NCBI GenBank assembly: GCA_902792515.1 | Contig: CADAZX010000001.1 | Location: 4,177-68,176, forward strand | Direction of reading: 5' to 3' | DNA: 64,000 nt | DNA from: an uncultured Ruminococcus sp. | GTDB lineage: Bacteria > Bacillota > Clostridia > UBA1212 | In this document: one piece after another, positions 36,664-46,241 of the stretch | How positions within the stretch are numbered: the first letter of the stretch is position 1 | How the letters are laid out: every line of letters begins with the position of its first letter | Notes under the pieces: generated by a model | Database searches by the model: none | Told to the model about the DNA's origin: nothing | The model's input: only the letters and a program-made list of their open reading frames with translations | Position numbers and translations under genes: made by a program

Positions 36664-37860
36664 ATGAAGTATTACCACGTGTCGGCCGCGATGCCGGAAA
36701 AAGAATACGGCGAACTCTTCGGCTTCGGAAAAAACTCTCCGGGGCAGCAGGCGCAGCGCTACAACAAGCTTCTCGCGAAAGGCCTCGCGGACCTCGGGAA
36801 CGAAACCGTTGTTCTGTCCGTGCCCCCTCTCACCCGCGGCGTTCGCTTTCTCCGGAAAACAAAGCTGCCCGATGAATCCGAAAACGGTCTTAACTACCGC
36901 TTTTTCGAGGTTCTGAACGTGCCTGTTTTAAAGAATATTTTTGCCTATTTTCAGGGGAAAAAGATCGTCAAGAAACTTGTTTCGGAAAACGGTGCGGAAA
37001 ATATCCGGATCTCCTGCGATCTGCTGTCGCTTTCCGCGTCTCTCGGAGTTTTGGCGGCGGCGCGCAAAGCCGGCGTGAAGACCGCGGGCATAGTTACCGA
37101 TCTCCCGGCTTTTCTTTCGGGAAGACCGTCCTCCCGCCTCTACGGAAAAATGTTTTCGAAGGCCGCCGGAATGTGCGGCGGTATAGTCGCGGTAACGCAG
37201 CAGGCGGCTCAGAAACTGCTTTCCGACAGCGGGAACAGCGGAAAACCGTTCACCGTTATCGAGGGGATCGCGAGCCTGGACGACGTTTCCGGCGATGTAA
37301 AACCGCCCGAAAATCTCGATTTTTCCGGAAAAACTGTTCTATACGCAGGCGGGCTCGAGCCCGAATACGGTCTGTTGACGCTTATAGAGGCGTTTAAAGA
37401 GGCGGCGGTTCCCGGTTCGCGTCTTATTGTTTTCGGCGCCGGCACTCTATCAAAAGAAATCGAAAAAATCGCGGAAATCGACCCGTCCGTCGTTTACGGC
37501 GGCGTTGTTTCCAATTCGCAGGTGCGTGCGGCGGAGAAAAAAGTGTCGCTTCTCGTGAATCCGAGACCTTCGGGCGAGTTTACGGCCTACTCCTTCCCCT
37601 CGAAAAACATCGAGTACATGTCGTCGGGAACGCCCGTTCTCGCGTATATGCTGCCCGGAATTCCCTCCGAATACCGTAATTTCATGATGGTTCCCGAGGC
37701 TGAGGACGCAAGATCGCTCGCGAAAACGCTCAGGGATGCGCTGACCGCCCCCGGTGATATTCTCCGAAAAAAAGGCGAAGCGGCTGCATTATTCGTAAAA
37801 TCCGAAAAAAGTCCGGCGAAACAGGCATCAAAGCTTGTCGGACTTTTCGACAGAATGTGA
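36664..37860 (+). CDS. Glycosyltransferase, GT4 (GT-B, group 1) family
   Basis: C-terminal GT-B donor-binding domain with E..G..EAxxxG-type motif (..PSGEFTAYSFPSKNIEYMSSGTPVLA..). Confidence 0.6.
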   Translation: MKYYHVSAAMPEKEYGELFGFGKNSPGQQAQRYNKLLAKGLADLGNETVVLSVPPLTRGVRFLRKTKLPDESENGLNYRFFEVLNVPVLKNIFAYFQGKKIVKKLVSENGAENIRISCDLLSLSASLGVLAAARKAGVKTAGIVTDLPAFLSGRPSSRLYGKMFSKAAGMCGGIVAVTQQAAQKLLSDSGNSGKPFTVIEGIASLDDVSGDVKPPENLDFSGKTVLYAGGLEPEYGLLTLIEAFKEAAVPGSRLIVFGAGTLSKEIEKIAEIDPSVVYGGVVSNSQVRAAEKKVSLLVNPRPSGEFTAYSFPSKNIEYMSSGTPVLAYMLPGIPSEYRNFMMVPEAEDARSLAKTLRDALTAPGDILRKKGEAAALFVKSEKSPAKQASKLVGLFDRM

Positions 37861-37870
37861 GGTGCGCGCA

Positions 37871-40150
37871 ATGAAAAAAATCCTTTTTATCCACCACTGC
37901 GGCGACCTCGGAGGGGCCGGAATCAGCCTTGTCAGGACGATGAAAATGGCCTCGGAAGCGTTTGAGGTCAAGGCCTGCGTTCCCGCCGGAAGCCCTGTCG
38001 AGAAGCTCCTGCGCGAAAACGGTCTCGAGTCAATTCCCTACGATGTTCAGGCCGGCACCATTGAGTACTACAGCGGCGGACCGCGTTTTCCCGGCCGGAC
38101 CTACGTAAAACAAGCCCTTAACAGGCCCGCCTTTGCCTCTTTTGTTAAAAAAATCATTAACTCGGAGCACCCTGACGCATGCGTTTTCAACTCGCTGACG
38201 CTCTCGTATCTCGTTCCCGCGGCGGTCAAAACGGGTGTGAAAACCGGAATTTTCGTCCGCGAGACGTTCCCGCACGGCGGCTCAAAAGCGATGCTCGCGA
38301 AATACAGAAGACTTCTTGGCGAAGCGTGCGCGGTTTTTTATATTTCCGGATTTGACAGGGACTTTTGGAAAATAACCTCTGCCGAAAACTTTGTAATAAG
38401 GAATTCCGTTCCCGAAGAGTTTTTCGCGCCTTCTGCTGACGCCGGAAATATTTCCGGGAAACCGTTTACGGTCCTTTACACCGGCGGCGCGAACCCGATC
38501 AAAGGCATCGAGGTCATTGCCCGCGCGGCGGAACTGTTTCCGGGAAATATCAGGCTTCTTGCAGCCGGCGATCCCGAGGAAAAGATGGCGCCGTATTTCA
38601 AAAACGCTTCGTGCCCTGTTGAGTATCTCGGTCTCGTGGAAAACATGAAACCGGTTTACGACTCGGCGGATATCGTCGCGATTCCGATCGTCACCCCTCA
38701 CCAGGCAAGGCCGGTTTTTGAGGCGGGAGCGGCGGGAAAGCCTGTCGTTATTTCCGATTTTCCGGAAATATCTGAGTACGTGACTGACGGTTTCGGAGGG
38801 CTCAAGTTTAAACCCGGCGACAGCGCGATGCTCGCGGAAAAAATCGTTTTTATGGCGGAAAACCGCGGAAAATGCAGGAAAATGGGCGAAAACAACCGCC
38901 GCCTCGCTTTGGAAAACCACTCAGCGGAGAGCGTTTCGAAAGGTCTTGTCGCAGCTCTTTCGCGCCTGACCGGTACGCGCTGCCTCCACCTCACGAACGT
39001 TCCCAGCCCTTATCGCGTCGATTTTTACAACGAACTGTCCAAGTCCGAACAGACGGTCGTCTGCTTTGAGAGGAAGTCCGCGAAAGGACGCTCCGGTAGC
39101 TGGTTTGGAAGGTCAAATCCGCTTTTCGCTTACAAATACCTGCGCGGCGTTCCGCTCGGAGAGGACAAGGCCGTCTCTTTCGGCGTAAAAAAGCTCGTTC
39201 TGCGGCCCGATTTTGACAAGATCATTATCAGCGGCTACAGTTCCCCTGCCGAGATGCGCGCGATTTCGGTACTCAGGTCTCACCGCAGGCCGTATATTCT
39301 GAGCGCGGACGGCGGTATCATCAAGGACGGCGGCCGCGGATTCCGTTTCGCGGTCAAAAAACATTTCATTAAAGGCGCTGAAAAGTATCTTTCGCCCTCC
39401 TCCCCCGCCGACAGGTATTTCATCCACTACGGCGCGGAACCGGAAAGGATTATCAGGTACCCGTTCACCTCGCTATTCGAGGACGATATTTGCCCTTCGC
39501 CTGCCTCTTCCGAAGAAAAAAAGGCCCTCCGCAGGGAGTTCGGGCTTCCCGAAACAGGCAGAATCGCGTTCGCGTGCGGCAGGTTCATTCCCGGAAAAGG
39601 TTACGAGGAACTGATTTCGGCGGCTTGCGGCGTTAAAGACCTCACGGTCGTGATCGCGGGAGGCGAACCGACAGCGGAGTACTTAAAAATTATGGCGGAA
39701 AAGGACGTTCGAAACGTCCGGTTTGCCGGATTTTCGTCAAAGGAGACGCTCGAAAAGATGTACCGGGCGTGCGACTTTTTCGTCCATCCCACGAAAAGCG
39801 ACGTCTGGGGGCTTGTGATCAACGAGGCGATGGCTGCAGGCCTTCCTGTCATCACGACCGATATGTGCGTCGCCGGCGTGACTCTGATCGGAGACAGTCT
39901 TGAGGAGCTCACGCGGAAAATAGCGAAAAACGACGGAAAAACGCGATTTGCGGCGGAAAATAACTGCACGGGCGCGATCATCAAGCCTTCGGATATCGGT
40001 ATGCTGAAGGAGGCGCTGATCTTTTTCAGAGACCTTCCGGACGAAATTATCGCATCAATGGGCGAAAATTCCCTCCGTGTCATCAGAGACTACACGTTCG
40101 AAAAAATGGCCGCCGCGCACGCTTCAATAGATAACATTTCAAAGAAATAA
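37871..40150 (+). CDS. Large glycosyltransferase with two fused GT4-like (GT-B) modules
   Basis: ATG 6 nt after AGGTG. The first GT-B module ends ~aa 370 (..GGLKFKPGDSAMLAEKIVFM..). The second module contains ..DVWGLVINEAMAAGLPVITTD... Confidence 0.6.
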   Translation: MKKILFIHHCGDLGGAGISLVRTMKMASEAFEVKACVPAGSPVEKLLRENGLESIPYDVQAGTIEYYSGGPRFPGRTYVKQALNRPAFASFVKKIINSEHPDACVFNSLTLSYLVPAAVKTGVKTGIFVRETFPHGGSKAMLAKYRRLLGEACAVFYISGFDRDFWKITSAENFVIRNSVPEEFFAPSADAGNISGKPFTVLYTGGANPIKGIEVIARAAELFPGNIRLLAAGDPEEKMAPYFKNASCPVEYLGLVENMKPVYDSADIVAIPIVTPHQARPVFEAGAAGKPVVISDFPEISEYVTDGFGGLKFKPGDSAMLAEKIVFMAENRGKCRKMGENNRRLALENHSAESVSKGLVAALSRLTGTRCLHLTNVPSPYRVDFYNELSKSEQTVVCFERKSAKGRSGSWFGRSNPLFAYKYLRGVPLGEDKAVSFGVKKLVLRPDFDKIIISGYSSPAEMRAISVLRSHRRPYILSADGGIIKDGGRGFRFAVKKHFIKGAEKYLSPSSPADRYFIHYGAEPERIIRYPFTSLFEDDICPSPASSEEKKALRREFGLPETGRIAFACGRFIPGKGYEELISAACGVKDLTVVIAGGEPTAEYLKIMAEKDVRNVRFAGFSSKETLEKMYRACDFFVHPTKSDVWGLVINEAMAAGLPVITTDMCVAGVTLIGDSLEELTRKIAKNDGKTRFAAENNCTGAIIKPSDIGMLKEALIFFRDLPDEIIASMGENSLRVIRDYTFEKMAAAHASIDNISKK

Positions 40151-40232
40151 ATATTTCCCGGAAATAACAAAGACCGCCCGCACCCCGGAATCAAGCCGTG
40201 GCGCGGGCGGGATTTTTATACGTTTTTGAAAA

Positions 40233-41570
40233 TCACGAACCGATCGAAAGGTGCGTGGAGAGCGTTTTGACCATTTTGTCGAACCGTTCGAGCGCTTCGG
40301 GGCTGACGCCCGTTTTCTTTTCGGCGCGGATCATGAGGTTTTTGGGCGTGTCGAGCGGTGAAATGTACTCGGCAACCGAGACGTCGTAGCCCATTGCCTC
40401 GAGGTAGTTCGCGCGAAGACCGTCGGTGAGCGCGTCGGCGATTCTGGCCTTGAGAATACCGTATTTTAGAACGGGCTCGAACCCCGGAAGGTTGTAGCCT
40501 GAGTTCATCTCACGATGGCAGCACGGGACGCAAACAATGTGCGAAATTCCGTTGTTTACGGCAAAATTGAGCGCTTTGTCGGTTGCCGTGTCGCAGGCGT
40601 GGAGCGTGAGCAGCAGGTCGAAATCCTCCTCCGGCTCGTAGTTCATGATGTCGGTCTGAATGAATTTCATGTTCCTGTAGCCGAGCTCCTCCGCCATTTT
40701 GCGCGAGCCTTCGATGACGACCGGGTTGAAGTCGAGGCCGGTGAAGTAGCAGCGGCGGCCCATGACCTCTTTGATATAATAGTTCAGAACGAACGAGAGG
40801 TACGACTTTCCGCACGCGCAGTCGATAATGCGGACAGGCTTCGTGCCGCCGTTTTTTGCAGCGAGCGACTCCAGAATCGGAACGATCAGCTCGACAAAGT
40901 GGTCGATCTGGTTGTATTTGCGGATGCGGTCGTTGCGGATCTTGCCGTTTTTGCCCATGATTCCGATGACCTGAAGAAGCCTTGCGGCGCTTCCGGCCTT
41001 GATCAGATACTCGCGGTTCCCGAGCACCGAGCCGCCGGCTCCCAGAACCGACCCTCCCGCTTGAGTTCCGAACGCGTCAAAATCCGAGTCGAAAACGTTG
41101 TCCGCTCCACCGGCGTCGGGAACGCTGCACACGTCGCAGCTGATTTTCGCGGCGCCGCTCCTTATATTGCCCGCGGCGCCGCTTTTCGTCCCCCTAATAT
41201 CCGAAAACTCTTCCGCGCGCACCTCCGAATTGGTAAGCTTAACGTCTTTTCCGTCGCACGTTACCGAGACCTTGCGCCCCCTCTCGTTGTAAACGAGCAG
41301 CATCGCGTCGTATTTTTCCATCTCGTACGCGACAAAGTCGCAAAAACCCTGCACGTCGAGCGTTTTCTTTTCCCCGTTGAAAATAAAAAACAACCCGGGA
41401 GCGTTTTTTCCGTCTTCCGCGCCGTCAGCGAGCGTCGCCCTGAGCGAAAACGCCTTCGTGCCCGCCTTGAACTGTACGTCGACCGACTCAAAAAAGTCCT
41501 CACCGCCCTCGAGACGCGACATGCACGACTCGATCATAAAACGCGCCCTGTCTATAACCTTTTTTTTCAT
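40233..41570 (-). CDS. Class I SAM-dependent methyltransferase with N-terminal uncharacterised domain
   Basis: Motif I-like ..RIIDCACGKSYLS.. and downstream ..LLLTLHACDTATD.. acidic motif. 445 aa. Confidence 0.55.
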   Translation of the reverse strand: MKKKVIDRARFMIESCMSRLEGGEDFFESVDVQFKAGTKAFSLRATLADGAEDGKNAPGLFFIFNGEKKTLDVQGFCDFVAYEMEKYDAMLLVYNERGRKVSVTCDGKDVKLTNSEVRAEEFSDIRGTKSGAAGNIRSGAAKISCDVCSVPDAGGADNVFDSDFDAFGTQAGGSVLGAGGSVLGNREYLIKAGSAARLLQVIGIMGKNGKIRNDRIRKYNQIDHFVELIVPILESLAAKNGGTKPVRIIDCACGKSYLSFVLNYYIKEVMGRRCYFTGLDFNPVVIEGSRKMAEELGYRNMKFIQTDIMNYEPEEDFDLLLTLHACDTATDKALNFAVNNGISHIVCVPCCHREMNSGYNLPGFEPVLKYGILKARIADALTDGLRANYLEAMGYDVSVAEYISPLDTPKNLMIRAEKKTGVSPEALERFDKMVKTLSTHLSIGS

Positions 41571-41621
41571 TTTTACCTCTTTTTAGCCAAAAATACGCTT
41601 TTTAAAACATGCGGAGCAGTT

Positions 41622-42362
41622 TTAAAGTGCCCCGAGTTTGTTAAGTTCTTCCCGCGTGAGTTCCCTGTACTCCCCCGGTTTGAGAGAGGTGTCAAGCGCC
41701 ACTCCGCCGACCGATATCCGTTTCAGATAAGTCACTTTTTTGCCTCGCGCGAGAACCATCCTCTTCACCTGGTGGAACTTGCCCTCGTGAACCGTCACGA
41801 CCGCTTCGGACGTTTTTGACTCGATTTCCGTCCGGAGAATCTCAAGGCTTGCGTCGAGGCATTTATAGCCGTCACCGAGCACCACGCCGTTTTCGAACGC
41901 CTCGCAGTCGTTTTCGTCGAGAACGCCCTCGGTCCTTATAAAATACTCCTTGCTCACGTTCCTCGCCGGCGAAATAACGTTGTGGATGAAATTTCCGTCG
42001 TTCGTGAGGATCAGAAAGCCCTCCGAATCCGCGTCAAGCCTTCCGGCCGGTGAGAGGTCGTAAAAACCGAAATCGTCGCCGACAAGGTCCGCGGCCACCT
42101 TCACCCCGGGAACGCCGTCCCCGCACGAGAGAATCCCCGCCGGCTTGTTCATCATCAGGTACACAAACTCCCTGTAGACGACCGTTTTGCCCGCGGCCTC
42201 CACTTTGTCGGCCGCTTCGTCCACGTCAAAGCCGCAGTCCTTCACGACCGAACCGTTGACGCGAACGGCCCCCTGCGCGATCAGCTTTTTGACGTCTTTC
42301 CTCGAACCGGCGCCCATATTCGCAAGCAGCCTGTCAAGTCTCATCAGCCGAACCGCCTCCAT
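41622..42362 (-). CDS. rsuA: 16S rRNA pseudouridine synthase RsuA family (S4 domain + RluA/RsuA catalytic domain)
   Basis: S4-like MRLDRLLANMG..SRKDVKKLI, and catalytic ..GRLDADSEGFLILTNDG.. with the conserved Asp. The start codon is uncertain (overlaps the stop of the upstream gene). Confidence 0.75.
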   Translation of the reverse strand: MEAVRLMRLDRLLANMGAGSRKDVKKLIAQGAVRVNGSVVKDCGFDVDEAADKVEAAGKTVVYREFVYLMMNKPAGILSCGDGVPGVKVAADLVGDDFGFYDLSPAGRLDADSEGFLILTNDGNFIHNVISPARNVSKEYFIRTEGVLDENDCEAFENGVVLGDGYKCLDASLEILRTEIESKTSEAVVTVHEGKFHQVKRMVLARGKKVTYLKRISVGGVALDTSLKPGEYRELTREELNKLGAL

Positions 42363-44146
42363 CCCTTCGGGTAAAGGTTTTTGACAGCGCCGCCGGAAAT
42401 TCCGCCCAGTCCGAGCACGAAGCTCCTTCCCGACTCGCTTACCGCCACGCAGCACGGCGCCGAAAGCCTTTCCTCAGCCACCGCGGCGTTCCTGACGTAC
42501 TCGCCGTACGCCTTCACGCGCACTTCAGGAATTCTTTTGTCGTCTGAAGCGTCGCCTTCTGTTTCCGGATCGTTTTCGGCTGTTTCCGGATCGTTTTCGC
42601 CTGTTTCCTGACCGTTACCGGCGTCAATAATGACCGTCTCGCCGCGAAGGTAGCGTTCCAGCGCGTCGCTCCCGTTGGCAAGCTCCACGCAGTACACAAA
42701 ATCCTCCGGTTTCAACGTCAGCGCGAGCCTGTGCGACATTTTAAATTCGCCGCCCTTAACCTCGCCGCAGTAAACGCCGGCCATTTTCACCTTCAGTCCG
42801 TCGATATCCGGCGGCACTTCCGGCAGGTAGTAGAGGTTCTCGCCCATGTAAAAATAGCACCCGCGCGGCGGTTCGCACGTCATGTAAAACTCGAAAAACT
42901 CCTCGAGCTCCTGCGGGGGCCTGTCAAAATGGCGAAAACTCCTGTAGCGCTCTTTTTTGACGTTCTTGCCGTGCTTTTCTTTTTTGCGGCCGTCCGCGAA
43001 GTCGGAATATTTCCCGTTTTTCCGGTTTTTATTCCTGTCAGAATATTTCCCGGAAATATCCGCAAAGTCTCCGGAAATATCCGCAAAGTCTCCGGAAACG
43101 CCGCCGTTTTCCGCATTTATTTCCCGCTCCTGCAAGGAAATATTTCCCGCAGGGCCGGAAATGTCGTCTAAGGCCATTTTCTGCGATTTTCCGGCATTTT
43201 CCGCCTCCGGACAAGTAATTTCACCTTTTCTCAGGAAGGCCGTAAAATGGCCCTCTCCGTGCAATCTGTGAGGCCACAATCTTGAAGCCTTTTCAAAACC
43301 CTCGTAATCGCAGATACCGTCCGGATCTTTTTCCAGACCGCCCGCGACGCCTCCCTTTTTCGGCGCTTCGATCAGCCGGTACTCCGGGTGCCTGCCCATA
43401 AAATCTGCCAGCGTGTCCTCGTTTTCGTGCTTGTTGAACGTGCACGTGGAATACGACAAAACGCCGCCCTCGCGAAGCATCACGTGAACGCTCTCCAGAA
43501 TGCCGTCCTGCATTTTCCTGCATCTGTCCGACCGGTAGCTCTCCCACTGGCGAACCGCCTCCTCATCCTTGCGGAACATGCCCTCGCCCGAGCACGGGGC
43601 GTCGACAACGATCACGTCGAAAAAGTCCGCGAACTTCTCCGCAAGCTTTTCAGGCGTCTCGTTCGTCACGACAGCGTTCACGACTCCTGCCATCTGGAGG
43701 TTTTTCACAAGCGCCTTCGTGCGCTCCTCGCTTATATCGTTCGCGACGAGAAGCCCCTCGCCGTTCATTCTCGCTGCCAGCTGCGTCGACTTGCCGCCCG
43801 GCGCCGCACAAATGTCGAGCACGCGCGCGTTTTCGGGAATCGGAACGTTCGCCGCGGGATACATCGCGCTCGGCTCCTGAATATAGTAAACTCCGGCATG
43901 GTAGAGCGCGTTCCGTCCGGGCTGCCCGTCCGTATAGTAGAAACCGTTTTCGCACCACGGCACCTTTTCGCCGGTCTTCAAAAACGATTTCGTGAGCTCC
44001 GGCAGCGAGTCCGCGTCCGTTTTCAGCGTGTTTGCGCGAATGCCGGAATACCGCTCCTCGGTGTCGAACGACGACGCGAACGCCGGGAACTCCTCCTCGG
44101 GAAGTATTCGTTTTATGTTCTCAAGGAACGCTTCTGGTAGTTTCAT
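42344..44146 (-). CDS. NOL1/NOP2/Sun-family rRNA cytosine-C5 methyltransferase (RsmF/RsmB-like) carrying an internal low-complexity insertion
   Basis: ..LDICAAPGGKSTQLA.. SAM motif, ..DAPCSGEGMFRKD.. and ..YSTCT.. catalytic Cys motifs. A ~70-aa G/D/K-rich repetitive insert (GDFADISGDFADISGKYSDRNKNRKNGKYSDFADGRKKEKHGKNVKKER) lies between the catalytic and C-terminal domains. Confidence 0.7.
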   Translation of the reverse strand: MKLPEAFLENIKRILPEEEFPAFASSFDTEERYSGIRANTLKTDADSLPELTKSFLKTGEKVPWCENGFYYTDGQPGRNALYHAGVYYIQEPSAMYPAANVPIPENARVLDICAAPGGKSTQLAARMNGEGLLVANDISEERTKALVKNLQMAGVVNAVVTNETPEKLAEKFADFFDVIVVDAPCSGEGMFRKDEEAVRQWESYRSDRCRKMQDGILESVHVMLREGGVLSYSTCTFNKHENEDTLADFMGRHPEYRLIEAPKKGGVAGGLEKDPDGICDYEGFEKASRLWPHRLHGEGHFTAFLRKGEITCPEAENAGKSQKMALDDISGPAGNISLQEREINAENGGVSGDFADISGDFADISGKYSDRNKNRKNGKYSDFADGRKKEKHGKNVKKERYRSFRHFDRPPQELEEFFEFYMTCEPPRGCYFYMGENLYYLPEVPPDIDGLKVKMAGVYCGEVKGGEFKMSHRLALTLKPEDFVYCVELANGSDALERYLRGETVIIDAGNGQETGENDPETAENDPETEGDASDDKRIPEVRVKAYGEYVRNAAVAEERLSAPCCVAVSESGRSFVLGLGGISGGAVKNLYPKGWRRFG

Positions 44147-44182
44147 TTTTGCCTCTAAATAGCGGAAAATTGCTCTTGGCAA

Positions 44183-44698
44183 TTATTTTTCCGTTTCCTC
44201 GCCATCTGATTCTTCCCCGGAATCTTCCTCAAATTCTTCCCCGGGTTCTTCCTCAAACGGTTCCTCCGCGGAATCGCCGTCTTCTTCTGTTATCACGTCA
44301 AAAAGATTCCGGCTGCACGGCTTCTTGCAAAACGGACAAGCAACGTATCCCTCGGGATAATTCCGGCCGAACCGGAAATTACGAAGGTTTGCGATAACGT
44401 CGTTCCCGCAGTATATACATGTAGCCAGATACTCAACGTCTTCGTTTTCGTCAAGTACGCGGTTGTTGTGAGCGGTGACGTAGATGTTATAAACAATACC
44501 GCCTGCGAGAAGCAGAATTCCCGCAAACATCACAATTCCAAAAATAATATATAAATTGGAATACACGGATTGCGCGACGCCTCCGCCGGCAGAAGCATAT
44601 ATCGAGAGTAACTGTTTTATATAAGCGCGTGAAATCCACCCGACCGCTATCAAGACAATTCCCCAGATTATGCAGCTTTTTCGACTTCTTAAAAGCAT
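44183..44698 (-). CDS. Small membrane protein with two TM helices, a CxxC...CxxC zinc-ribbon and an acidic C-terminal tail
   Basis: RBS GAGGAG 8 nt before ATG. TMs IIWGIVLIAVGW and IIFGIVMFAGILLLAGGIV. Zinc ribbon CIYCG...CPFCKKPC. Tail EEPFEEEPGEEFEEDSGEESDGEETEK. Paralog of 45466-45894. Confidence 0.6.
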   Translation of the reverse strand: MLLRSRKSCIIWGIVLIAVGWISRAYIKQLLSIYASAGGGVAQSVYSNLYIIFGIVMFAGILLLAGGIVYNIYVTAHNNRVLDENEDVEYLATCIYCGNDVIANLRNFRFGRNYPEGYVACPFCKKPCSRNLFDVITEEDGDSAEEPFEEEPGEEFEEDSGEESDGEETEK

Positions 44699-44779
44699 TA
44701 GTTCTACTCCTCAAGGCCGTTTTCCGCCTTCCGGCGATGATTTCCTCCGCAGGCGCCACATCCGGAACCGCGAAACGTG

Positions 44780-45343
44780 TTATTTCAGCTTCAGCCCGGT
44801 TTTAAAAGCGTCGCCGACTCTGCCGCCGACCTTATAGTATCCGTGCGTATACGGGTCGAAAGCGATCGCCTCAAGAGAGTCAATATCGACCTTCCCGTCT
44901 TTCAGGTTGGCCTCTTCTACAGACGTCCTGAGCACCTTGCCGATGACGCCGATGCCTGTCGCGTCGTTTTGGTACTCGACAAACTCGCATTCCATCGCTA
45001 TCGGGAGCTCGTTGATCACAGGCGCGTCGACAAGGCCGGACTTTTCGAATGTCAGGCCGGATTTTTTGAATTTGTCAGGTTCCTTGCTTCCGTGAACAAC
45101 TCCGAACCAGTCCGCCTCGACAACGTGCTTCGCGTCGGCAATGTGCACCACAAAAGCCTTGCGCTTTTTAATATTTTGAACAGTAGTATGCGTCTCTGTC
45201 AAGTTGAGCGCAACCATGTCGCGGTCGAGCATCGTGCCCCACGCCGCGTTCATCACGTCAACTGTGCCGTCGTCGTTAAATGTCGCGATGAGCAGCACCG
45301 GCATCGGAAAAATAGCCTCTGTTGTTTTGATCTGTTTCTTCAT
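44780..45343 (-). CDS. Flavin reductase-like (FMN-binding split-barrel) domain protein
   Basis: RBS AGGAGAAAG before ATG (MKKQIKTT...). ..PMPVLLIATFNDDGTVDVMNAAWG.. matches the flavin reductase-like domain. Confidence 0.65.
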   Translation of the reverse strand: MKKQIKTTEAIFPMPVLLIATFNDDGTVDVMNAAWGTMLDRDMVALNLTETHTTVQNIKKRKAFVVHIADAKHVVEADWFGVVHGSKEPDKFKKSGLTFEKSGLVDAPVINELPIAMECEFVEYQNDATGIGVIGKVLRTSVEEANLKDGKVDIDSLEAIAFDPYTHGYYKVGGRVGDAFKTGLKLK

Positions 45344-45465
45344 TTTTCTTTCTCCTAACAAAAATAATTTGAGTTAATTGCAAAAGTCCGGAATCGGGTT
45401 CGATTTGAAAATCCGATCCGTGTAAAAAATCAAGTCTGCCCTCCGGAGTCTTCATTGCGTAGCTT

Positions 45466-45894
45466 TTATGCCCCGTACGTCCCGCCGTTATCCTGCTTGT
45501 AGGCGCGGAAAGCGTTTTTGCCGCACGGATTTTTGCACACCGGGCAGTATACGAATCCCTCCGGGAACCTTGAATGAGGCGTAAAGTCCGTGAACTTCGC
45601 GCTGATTTGGTAGCCGCAGTTGTAGCACGTCGTGATGTAAATGATGTCCCTGTTTGCTTCCAGAATCCGGTTGTTGTAGCGCGAGACCTTGACCGCGTTG
45701 ACGATGCCGAAAACAAGCATGAGCGTTCCGCCGAGCAACAGAGAAACCACTATTATTATCCAAACAGAAGTTTGCAGCAGATTCCCTTTGTAAACGTTCT
45801 GCAATATCTCGCTGCTCCCGAGCAGCATGAAAAATCCAAAGACGGTCAGAATGACGCCCCATACAATGAGTCCGATTCTTTTTCTTTTCAGCAT
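45466..45894 (-). CDS. Small membrane zinc-ribbon protein, paralog of 44183-44698
   Basis: GGGAGGAA RBS 5 nt before ATG (MLKRKRIGLIVWGVILTVFGFFML...). Shared architecture and the motif NNR(I/V)L(E/D).N.D..Y..TC..CG......F....PEG(F/Y)V.CP.CK.PC. Confidence 0.6.
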   Translation of the reverse strand: MLKRKRIGLIVWGVILTVFGFFMLLGSSEILQNVYKGNLLQTSVWIIIVVSLLLGGTLMLVFGIVNAVKVSRYNNRILEANRDIIYITTCYNCGYQISAKFTDFTPHSRFPEGFVYCPVCKNPCGKNAFRAYKQDNGGTYGA

Positions 45895-45919
45895 ATGGAT
45901 TCCTCCCGAAGCATAGGCG

Positions 45920-46120
45920 CAAAGCGCCGCCCTTGTCAAATCTTCAACGGATATTTTATTCAAACGCCGCCCTGTTGTCAAGGATTACCGCCGCCCTGCT
46001 GTCCCAGTTGTCAAGGATTACCGCCGCCCTCTTGTATGCTTGTATGCCCGCTTGTATGATCATTGTCGGTCGGCCACAAGCTTTGCGGCATCACGGTTAA
46101 GGATCGCCGCCGCCCTTCTA
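45920..46120. repeat. Short direct repeats (GTTGTCAAGGATTACCGCCGCCCT x2 plus degenerate copies; CTTGTATG x3)
   Basis: Seen directly at 45974-45997 and 46007-46030. Related gcgccgcccttgtcaaatc (45924) and ggttaaggatcgccgccgccctt (46095). Confidence 0.6.
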
Positions 46121-46158
46121 TCTGATTGCCGGCGCCGGCGGCGCAGCGCAAAGCAAAA

Positions 46159-46205
46159 AAACAACCGGCCGCCCCAATCTTTTGCTGACCCGGGGCGGCC
46201 GGCTT
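46159..46205 (-). terminator. Rho-independent terminator after rplQ (end of the ribosomal operon)
   Basis: Minus-strand GCCGGCCGCCCCGGG-loop-GGGGCGGCCGG followed by TTGTTTTTTT. Confidence 0.75.
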
Positions 46206-46241
46206 CGTTTAATATAATCCGCTTAAGCCTTCTCTAAAGCA

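Noticed and set aside
40515-41819. 434-aa plus-strand ORF
   Set aside because: Antisense to the SAM methyltransferase and rsuA. Arg/Val-rich.
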